IMG/VR virus record: IMGVR_UViG_3300017917_002814
Span: 64,001-128,000 of that record
Length of the DNA: 64,000 bases
Strand: one strand, 5' to 3'
Source of the DNA: a virus
In this document: in pieces, positions 53,875-61,229 of the stretch
How positions within the stretch are numbered: position 1 is the first letter of the stretch
How the letters are laid out: every line of letters begins with the position of its first letter
Position numbers and translations under genes: made by a program
The notes under the pieces: model-generated
Databases searched by the model: none
Seen by the model: only the letters and a program-made list of their open reading frames with translations
Told to the model about the DNA's origin: nothing

Positions 53875-54873
53875 ATGTTTTTATACGAAGAAATTCGCCA
53901 TGTACACCTTGAAATTTCTTCAAGGTGTAATGCAGCATGCCCTTTATGCCCAAGAAACTTGTGGGGAATTAACGGAATCATAGACGACTTTCCTATATGT
54001 GATTTAACATTGTTGCAAGTTAAAAAAATATTTGAAGTTGATTTTTTAAAGCAACTCGAAACTTTACTTATCAATGGCAACTATGGAGATTTTGTCACTT
54101 GCAAAGAAGCTGTGGAAATAATTGAATATCTAAGAAATAGTAATGATAAATTACAAATTGTAATACAGACAAACGGAAGCGGGCAACCACATATTTGGAG
54201 TCGATTAGCCGAGCTCGATGCTCATGTTTATTTCAGTATAGATGGTAATAAAGATACCAATCACCTTTACAGACAAAATACAAATTTTGATTTAATTATT
54301 AAAAATGCCAAAACTTTCATTGATGCTGGCGGTCATGCTGAATGGCATTTCATTAAATTTGATTTCAATGAAACACAAATAGAAGAAATACAACAGATGA
54401 GTCAGTCTCTTAAATTTAAAAAATTTTTTCTAAGAGATGCCGGTAGAAATGATTATCATGTTTTCAATAAGGACAGAACTTATAACTTTTCTGTAGGTAA
54501 CCCAAAATTGCCTGCGGATTTTCAAAGGTTGGTTGAAATTTTTGAATGGACAAAAACCAGCGATAAAACACCAATTTATCAAACTGCTAAATCAAAAAAT
54601 GTAAATTGTTTAGCAAAGAGAGGAAAAAGTATATACGTTGCAGCAAATGGAGAAGTTTTTCCTTGTTGTTGGACTGGTTTTTCACCCAGAACTGATAATA
54701 GAAAGCCTGGCAATAATCAGCTTAGATCAATACTTGAAAACTATAATAATAATGCACTTGAGGTGGGATTAAAGCAAGCAATGGAATGGTTTCAGGATCT
54801 CGAGAAAACTTGGGACTTGCCAGATGTACTTCAAGGTAAAAACTACATTTGTAACGACACTTGCGGAACTTAG
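53875..54873 (+). CDS. radical SAM protein with SPASM/twitch-like C-terminus
   Basis: CNAACPLC, NGNYGD, QTNGS, FSIDG, C...GEVFPCCW...CNDTC. Confidence 0.88.
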   Translation: MFLYEEIRHVHLEISSRCNAACPLCPRNLWGINGIIDDFPICDLTLLQVKKIFEVDFLKQLETLLINGNYGDFVTCKEAVEIIEYLRNSNDKLQIVIQTNGSGQPHIWSRLAELDAHVYFSIDGNKDTNHLYRQNTNFDLIIKNAKTFIDAGGHAEWHFIKFDFNETQIEEIQQMSQSLKFKKFFLRDAGRNDYHVFNKDRTYNFSVGNPKLPADFQRLVEIFEWTKTSDKTPIYQTAKSKNVNCLAKRGKSIYVAANGEVFPCCWTGFSPRTDNRKPGNNQLRSILENYNNNALEVGLKQAMEWFQDLEKTWDLPDVLQGKNYICNDTCGT

Positions 54874-55355
54874 TACAACTTTGATATTTCGTACATAGTT
54901 GTATCAATATCAACGTGGTGAATAGCAATACCACCTGCTACTCTCCATTCTTCAATATTGCTTAGTCTGTCGTCAATTAAAATATCCCCTGGGCAACAAT
55001 GTTGCCATTTGTCTTTGCTAAACGGTCCAAAATGCACAGGAATACCAGGAAAGTAATTTTGTGCCCATATCAATTTATCATAGAACGCCCATTTGATATC
55101 GTTACCTTTGGGCACTGCTGTCAGGAACAACAAGTTATATCCTTTTGTTGCTGCAATATCTCTACACTCATCTACCAGTCTATCAGCATATGATGTTTTT
55201 TTCAATTCGCGATAAAGTCTGGGGTTGGCAGCAATTTTTTGCCATTGTTCATCAGGATATATTCCGTTAGGACCCGGTACCGGACCAATAATGTGTTCAG
55301 CATACTCGTCGAAGTCGGCTACAACTCCGTCCATATCTAAATAAAGTGTTTTCAT
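54870..55355 (-). CDS. HAD-family 5'(3')-deoxyribonucleotidase
   Basis: YLDMDGVVADF, FLTA, K..W, DILIDDR..N..EW. Confidence 0.85.
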   Translation of the reverse strand: MKTLYLDMDGVVADFDEYAEHIIGPVPGPNGIYPDEQWQKIAANPRLYRELKKTSYADRLVDECRDIAATKGYNLLFLTAVPKGNDIKWAFYDKLIWAQNYFPGIPVHFGPFSKDKWQHCCPGDILIDDRLSNIEEWRVAGGIAIHHVDIDTTMYEISKLY

Positions 55356-55588
55356 TGATTTTTGATTTTTTGATGCACTGCTTGTAAGTAAACAGTTTGA
55401 TTGTTTAACTTGTTTTGTAAACTTCTTACTGTGTCTTTAAGTTGATATATTTCTGACTGCATCAATGACATAGCATTTTGCTGATCTCTAATTTTAACAT
55501 CGTGTGTCATTAAATTAGGACGAGGTGGAGCATCGGGATTTACTGCCCGTTTCTTTTTTGCTTTCATTGCTTTAAAGATATTGCTCAT
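55352..55588 (-). CDS. hypothetical coiled-coil protein
   Basis: 78-aa coupled ORF. Confidence 0.6.
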   Translation of the reverse strand: MSNIFKAMKAKKKRAVNPDAPPRPNLMTHDVKIRDQQNAMSLMQSEIYQLKDTVRSLQNKLNNQTVYLQAVHQKIKNQ

Positions 55589-55908
55589 ATATAGTATTTA
55601 TCGTCAGGAATGCTGGGAAATTTGATAGCTAATACTTCAGTGTCCTCCAGATAGTGCGCATAGTAATGTTCTCCGGGCTCGCTAACGTAAATATCCCCGG
55701 GCCCAAATTCTTCGCCGTTAATTACCATTCGACCTTGAGTGATCAATTGCACTTCGGTAATAACTTTATGATAATGCGGAGTATCTACATGTCCTGCTTT
55801 ATTTCCTTGCCAACAAACTTCAAAATCCTTGGTGCGTACAATTGCTTCAGGAAAATCTCCGATAAACCATCCCCTTGCACCTGACTCACTCAGCCGGTAC
55901 TTCTTCAC
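55585..55908 (-). CDS. cupin-fold protein
   Basis: GWFIGDF, PHYHKVITE, G...GDI....PGE. Confidence 0.7.
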   Translation of the reverse strand: MKKYRLSESGARGWFIGDFPEAIVRTKDFEVCWQGNKAGHVDTPHYHKVITEVQLITQGRMVINGEEFGPGDIYVSEPGEHYYAHYLEDTEVLAIKFPSIPDDKYYI

Positions 55909-56266
55909 TGATTTTTTCCTTGTCTAGATCAGATTGCATTTCATCCAGCATGTGATTAAAATATTCTGGATCAAGCTTGACCATTACTTCTGTAATGTAT
56001 TTGTGATAACCTTTAAAAAAGTATTTGAACAATTCATCAAAATTTTTGTTATAATTGAAACTGTTTTGTTCTACAGTTTTGTTAGTCAGATTCATAATGA
56101 CTTTTGCAGTCATTAGGTCCTGGCGACGTAATTTAGTGCTGACCTGTACTTGCTCATCATAACGAATATTGGCAGGATCTTTCATGTAGCCAGGAATATG
56201 GGTTTTACGGGGGTCTCGGGGTTTGGTCAAGTAATTTGCTACAAGATAAATGTTTTGTTTTTTCAT
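55886..56266 (-). CDS. hypothetical protein
   Basis: 126-aa ORF after the clamp loader. Confidence 0.6.
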   Translation of the reverse strand: MKKQNIYLVANYLTKPRDPRKTHIPGYMKDPANIRYDEQVQVSTKLRRQDLMTAKVIMNLTNKTVEQNSFNYNKNFDELFKYFFKGYHKYITEVMVKLDPEYFNHMLDEMQSDLDKEKISEEVPAE

Positions 56267-57186
56267 GATATTTGACTAAGTTCTACAAGAGTTGCACTCA
56301 AATTGATTTCAGGATCCGCCACTATTGGATGATTGACCAAACCTTTGCGTATAATTAGAATAGCTTGATCCTGTTGTTCATCAGTAGCTCCCCATAAATC
56401 TAAATTGTCATACATCCAACGGAAAATTTCTTCCATTTCTTCTGGTGCAGTATGAGTGCAAAGCAAAATTCTACCTTCTTTGATTTTACCGCGTTTGAAT
56501 AATTCTATGACTTCTAGTTTATGATCTGCGGATTCCGACCCACTTGATGTTCGTGATATTACCAACTTGCCAGTGACACTGTTAGTCTGAAGTAATTTTA
56601 AACAACTACGTAGATCCGGATATGTTGCTTTAACGTAGCTGTCTAACGTATCAAGATCAAATTCAACACCTTCAGAGATAAGTACGGTGGCAGCTCTACT
56701 CGTAAATTCTGTTTGATCTGTTTTGTCAATTACAATCTGCTGACAACGACTTTTTAGTGGACCAATAATTTTGTGTGCAAGATTGGCAGTGAGAATAAAT
56801 CTGGCTTGACTTTGATATGTTTCCATTAGACCACGCAAAATAGCCTGTGCATTATGGCTTAGATAATCTGCTTCATCTAACAGTACAATCTTTAAATCAC
56901 CAAACGGCATCGTACTAACAAAACCTTCAATTTTGCTTTTTAAGAAATCAACACCATTATCTCTTGAAGCGTTTACTTGCAAGAAATCGTAAGCATCAAT
57001 ATCTAGGCTGTTCACAAGAATCTTAGCCAGTGTGGTTTTACCTGTGCCGGCTGGACCTGTAAACAGCAAATGAGGAACGCTTTTTTCGCGAACAAAATGT
57101 TCTATTTGTTCACGTTGCGTGGGATCAGTGAATACATACCCGTCTACAGTTTGCGGGCGATACTTTTCAGTCCAAAGTTCTTTCAT
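56263..57186 (-). CDS. clamp loader AAA+ subunit (gp44/RFC-like)
   Basis: LWTEKYRP, GPAGTGKT, NASRDNG, LDEADYL, SRC, PDLR. Confidence 0.92.
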   Translation of the reverse strand: MKELWTEKYRPQTVDGYVFTDPTQREQIEHFVREKSVPHLLFTGPAGTGKTTLAKILVNSLDIDAYDFLQVNASRDNGVDFLKSKIEGFVSTMPFGDLKIVLLDEADYLSHNAQAILRGLMETYQSQARFILTANLAHKIIGPLKSRCQQIVIDKTDQTEFTSRAATVLISEGVEFDLDTLDSYVKATYPDLRSCLKLLQTNSVTGKLVISRTSSGSESADHKLEVIELFKRGKIKEGRILLCTHTAPEEMEEIFRWMYDNLDLWGATDEQQDQAILIIRKGLVNHPIVADPEINLSATLVELSQIS

Positions 57187-57983
57187 ATATTGTCTTGATG
57201 TATGCAAAGAAGATCTTCACATCGGTTGTTTAAGGTAGCTATTTCCATGGTTTCGGGATTGTGAGGAATGTACCCTGCATTGTGAATAGCTGAAAATAAT
57301 TTTTCGCTGTCTAATTGGCTGTAACCAAAAAACCATTCTGTGAGTAAAACTGGTTTTTGACTAATTAAAAAGTCTTGCATATTCTGTATTATAGCAATAT
57401 CGTGACCCTCGGTGTCAATTTTTACAAAACCAATACAATCAATTTCTTCTTGGGTCAAATATTTTTTACAAATATCCATAAATGGCATACCTGTTATTTT
57501 GATGGTATTACCTGTCATTCCTTTTACTCGTGATGCAGTGTCGCTGTCCCATGACTCGTCTAATATACCACCATTAATCATGGCATTATTGTGATCACCA
57601 AACACAAGTGCTTCACTACATTCGTTAGTGACTGCTTCTGTAGCAATAACAAATCTTCCTAAATCTTTATTTGCCTCACAATTTTTTTGTAAGAATGGTA
57701 ACATATGCGGATTGGGTTCGATTGCCAACACTGTGGATTGACAAGCCGCCATCATGGGCAATGCTGTGTCTCCAATGTGTGCTCCTATATCCACACAAGT
57801 CATACCTGGACGAATCCATGTGCCGTAATGATAGTCATTCCAGTAACTAGAAAAAACTTGTTCGAAAGGCGGCATCCTATGCAATGGGTGCTCGAAGTCA
57901 TACCAAGTACATGTTTTATTTTCTAAACCGTAGGCAGCTAATTCCAGTTTTACTGGATCTTTCAATTTGTAATCATTGTTCAT
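57183..57983 (-). CDS. FkbM-family methyltransferase
   Basis: VDIGAHIGD, AIEPNP, VKIDTEGHD. Confidence 0.88.
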   Translation of the reverse strand: MNNDYKLKDPVKLELAAYGLENKTCTWYDFEHPLHRMPPFEQVFSSYWNDYHYGTWIRPGMTCVDIGAHIGDTALPMMAACQSTVLAIEPNPHMLPFLQKNCEANKDLGRFVIATEAVTNECSEALVFGDHNNAMINGGILDESWDSDTASRVKGMTGNTIKITGMPFMDICKKYLTQEEIDCIGFVKIDTEGHDIAIIQNMQDFLISQKPVLLTEWFFGYSQLDSEKLFSAIHNAGYIPHNPETMEIATLNNRCEDLLCIHQDNI

Positions 57984-58402
57984 TCGTATTGTTCTCTTGT
58001 TTTACGTTCTGCATGCACAGCGGTTGAAATGGTATCAATATTTTCAGGTTCGTGATCCGACACAAAAATAATTGCTTCAGGATCTGCTCGACGTATTGTG
58101 ATCTCTTCTCCATTTTCAATGATTTTAAGACCTCGGCTCCATCGGCCGTGTTCAACAAGCACCCATTGACCGACACGAACGTCTCGTTGTTCTGGACCAA
58201 CGGCATACACTCTAGCCCACCGTGGTCGAATACCGTCTGTTTTACCATCATCTCCTAATAATACTATACCGCTGGACAATTGTCTACCTTCAAATGTCAT
58301 ATCTGTTACAATAATACTATTGCGAAGCGGTTTAATTTCACCATCTATTTTGATGCCAAATTGATACCCACGTTTTTGATCAAACGGATTGTCTAATTTC
58401 AT
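57980..58402 (-). CDS. groES: GroES-like co-chaperonin
   Basis: IKPLRNSIIV, SSGIVL, VYAVGP...VRVGQWVL. Confidence 0.8.
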   Translation of the reverse strand: MKLDNPFDQKRGYQFGIKIDGEIKPLRNSIIVTDMTFEGRQLSSGIVLLGDDGKTDGIRPRWARVYAVGPEQRDVRVGQWVLVEHGRWSRGLKIIENGEEITIRRADPEAIIFVSDHEPENIDTISTAVHAERKTREQYE

Positions 58403-58414
58403 TTCTTCCTCTTT

Positions 58415-58819
58415 TTAAATTCTAGTTGGACCTGTTTTTTTAGGTTCTTCTTCTCGTGGGGGCTGTGTTTTTGCTACTGAACTTGCTAGACTGCCTCGCA
58501 ATGGTCTATTTGACTGCGTTTCTTCTTGCAATTTAACTTCTTGTTTAATTTCAGCTGGTTCCACCCAGTCGTCTACTAAATCTTTTTTTGGTGTTTCTCT
58601 AGGAGTAGGAATACGGTCTGATGCAACAGGCGTGTTTAATTTATAGTAATCACTCATCACCTTGTCTCTGGTTCTTTCTATTCTTCCCCCGGGCCCAAGC
58701 TCGTCACCTCGAGCGTTTACTTTCATGTTGCCAATTGCAATAGATTCTTCATTTTGTGCAATTACAGCATCAATGTTTATCCTTTTTCCATTGGCAGTGG
58801 TGTATACTCGTTTACTCAT
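58415..58819 (-). CDS. hypothetical phage protein
   Basis: YTTANGK.I, AIGNMKVNARGDELGPGG; TAAATA and AGGAG upstream. Confidence 0.7.
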   Translation of the reverse strand: MSKRVYTTANGKRINIDAVIAQNEESIAIGNMKVNARGDELGPGGRIERTRDKVMSDYYKLNTPVASDRIPTPRETPKKDLVDDWVEPAEIKQEVKLQEETQSNRPLRGSLASSVAKTQPPREEEPKKTGPTRI

Positions 58820-58840
58820 TGATATCTCCTTGTGAGTTAT

Positions 58841-59353
58841 TTATCGTAAGAATTCTTCAATATTTAAATCATAATACATGCTGTCTATTCGATGTACTCC
58901 GATCAAGTATAACACATAACTGGCCACACTTGATCCTCTACCTACACCCCATACAACATTGTTTGTTCGCCATGTGTCAACAATGTATTTTAATTGTTTT
59001 AAAAGTGGAAACAGTGATCGTTCTTGAAATAGCATCAGTTCGTGTCCAACTCGTTGAAGTTCTTCTTGTGTTTGACACTTATCTAATACCCATTGTGCAA
59101 TATCCATGTTTAGATATTCTTCTGGCATATGCCAATTGTTTTGATTATTTTTATCAAACTCTTCGATGTCTATCAGTTCTTGATTATATAATTCAAGTAT
59201 CGGCAAGTCTGCATAAAAATTCTTGACTGCATTATTATACGTAAAAGGATCCACTACTGATATTTTTGAAATATCAATATCTGGATTTTGATATAAAAGT
59301 TCACACAGTTCAGCACTGGTGGCATTTGCTACACCCAACTTGTCATAATTCAT
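58841..59353 (-). CDS. stand-alone DNA polymerase III alpha (DnaE) fragment
   Basis: RV.HEL..F, LKYIVD..R.N.V.WGVGRGSSVASYVLYLIGVH.ID...YDL...EFL. Confidence 0.8.
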   Translation of the reverse strand: MNYDKLGVANATSAELCELLYQNPDIDISKISVVDPFTYNNAVKNFYADLPILELYNQELIDIEEFDKNNQNNWHMPEEYLNMDIAQWVLDKCQTQEELQRVGHELMLFQERSLFPLLKQLKYIVDTWRTNNVVWGVGRGSSVASYVLYLIGVHRIDSMYYDLNIEEFLR

Positions 59354-59586
59354 TTGATATCAATTATACCTTTAAACTTGTCACTTTTTTCTTCCATCTC
59401 TTGCATGGTTTTTCTATTGCGTACATCCATTTCATAACGATAATTTTCCAATATCATTTGCATCTGCGGTAATACACTTACTGGCCCAAAACGATGCGCT
59501 TGATTGTACTTTTGCATTAGCTCATTGTACTTTTTGTGTAATTCTTCTGTGGATAAAACTGATAAATCTGAAACCAACGGATGCAT
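59350..59586 (-). CDS. hypothetical protein
   Basis: 78-aa coupled ORF. Confidence 0.6.
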   Translation of the reverse strand: MHPLVSDLSVLSTEELHKKYNELMQKYNQAHRFGPVSVLPQMQMILENYRYEMDVRNRKTMQEMEEKSDKFKGIIDIK

Positions 59587-60020
59587 TATAAATCTCCTTG
59601 TCTCCGATTTTCGGACTGTTGCACGTTAAATTCGCCACCTGGGTAACGAGCTTTCAATTTATTTACATTCTCTTGTATAACTTCGTTTGGATCTAAATCC
59701 AAGGCTCTACAAGCATTGATCCAGTACCACATGATATCCCCAAGTTCACGTTTCATGTGAAACACATTTTCCACCGACAACGGTTTACCTTGAAAATATA
59801 TTTTTTTTGGTATTTCACAGAACTCGCCGGTTTCGGCTGCAAGACCCAAAGCTGCTGTGAGCAATAGCGGTACATTTATATCTGGACCGTGAGTTTGACT
59901 TTGATTGTCCCAATTGCCGTCAAGTTCATCTAACCGGCTCATAAAAGTGGTCAAATCGTTTGACGGTTTGCTGGTAACTGCTGCTACAAATTCTGAATAC
60001 TTGTTTAAATCTACAGTCAT
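59586..60020 (-). CDS. mazG: MazG-like nucleotide pyrophosphohydrolase
   Basis: ALGLAAETGEF.E..KK, ELGDIMWY, N..KL..RYP. Confidence 0.85.
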   Translation of the reverse strand: MTVDLNKYSEFVAAVTSKPSNDLTTFMSRLDELDGNWDNQSQTHGPDINVPLLLTAALGLAAETGEFCEIPKKIYFQGKPLSVENVFHMKRELGDIMWYWINACRALDLDPNEVIQENVNKLKARYPGGEFNVQQSENRRQGDL

Positions 60021-60070
60021 AAAAAACTCCTAGTTTGCATAATTATAAACTATGCAAAGCTAGGAGTCAA
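60021..60070 (-). terminator. intrinsic terminator containing a sigma70 promoter and the mazG SD
   Basis: ACTCCTAGCTTTGCATA/TATGCAAACTAGGAGT stem plus T6; TTGACT-17-TATAAT inside it. Confidence 0.7.
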
Positions 60071-60083
60071 TTATTTTAGGTAT

Positions 60084-61229
60084 TTAAACTTTAAACCATC
60101 TACCAACTGCGGCGTTGTACAACAATTTGATAGAAACTGAATTAGTTAAACTCGCTGATGCTGACCAGTTGTTAGCTAGCCCATATACAGAAGTTACGCC
60201 CGGAGTCATGTTGGACACAAAACAACTTGTAATAGCAGTCATTGATGTTATGTCTATTTCTCTACCATTTTCTACAGAATCAGGAAGCGTAATGAATAGG
60301 TTGGCTACAGTGCCAGTTGGTGAACAGTTGGCAATAAACCTATTATAATCAACATTAGCAAATAAATTTTGCCCTGTTACAACATTAGCTAACAGGTAAT
60401 CAGGATTGATTATGCCATTGTTGATAATTAAATTGCCATTTACAAATGCATTACCTGAGATAGCCGCGCCTCCGAGCACAACTAATGCTCCTGTTGTTGC
60501 ACTGTTTGCTCTGGTAGTGGCCGGAATCACAACGTTGCTTGTAGTTGAAGATCCTAGTAAAACATTACCTGTTGCAGTAAAATTGCTTATACCGGTTAGA
60601 TCACCGCTTATTGTAATGCTGTTACCGTCAAAATCTCTATTTCTAGTAAGGTCTCTAATACCTAATGTGGTACCACCATCTACTGTAAAGATTTCAAAAT
60701 AATAGTCTGTGCTATTGGAAATTTCTGCAGAACTAAACGTAATAGTATTACCACTGAATCCTGCTACTGTGTCAGGGTCACCTAGTGTCAATGAATTTGG
60801 AAAAGATAGCACATAGGCTGAACTTGGGTTGCTGACCCATAGTTTAATACTTGCGTATTGGTTGCTAGAATTAGCAGGAAAACTAAATGTCAAGGTAGTG
60901 GAACCCGACATAGTAATTTTTTGGAAATTTCCGTTGGTGAAATTGATAGTTACACTACCGCTTACACTGCCGATGTTGTTGTATGTTTCTCTCCAGCTAG
61001 TCAATGTTGGGTTGACTATAGCATTTCCTGCAAAATCGTTACTTAAAGTGGTGTTTAATAATGCACTTTTAAGTACAACTTTGTTTTGTAAATCTTCTAA
61101 TTCAGCTTTAGTAAAGGTAAAATTATTGCGAATATTAGTGAAATTATCGCGAAAACCTTGACTGTCATTGTCTTGACCGGCTACAGGATATGTACCGTCA
61201 ATATTATTTGGATTAACTTGGCTTGTCAT
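60084..61229 (-). CDS. virion structural protein (baseplate/tail-associated)
   Basis: IDGTYPVAGQDNDSQGFRDNF N-terminus, S/T/N-rich beta body, TTGALVV.GG repeat. Confidence 0.65.
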   Translation of the reverse strand: MTSQVNPNNIDGTYPVAGQDNDSQGFRDNFTNIRNNFTFTKAELEDLQNKVVLKSALLNTTLSNDFAGNAIVNPTLTSWRETYNNIGSVSGSVTINFTNGNFQKITMSGSTTLTFSFPANSSNQYASIKLWVSNPSSAYVLSFPNSLTLGDPDTVAGFSGNTITFSSAEISNSTDYYFEIFTVDGGTTLGIRDLTRNRDFDGNSITISGDLTGISNFTATGNVLLGSSTTSNVVIPATTRANSATTGALVVLGGAAISGNAFVNGNLIINNGIINPDYLLANVVTGQNLFANVDYNRFIANCSPTGTVANLFITLPDSVENGREIDITSMTAITSCFVSNMTPGVTSVYGLANNWSASASLTNSVSIKLLYNAAVGRWFKV

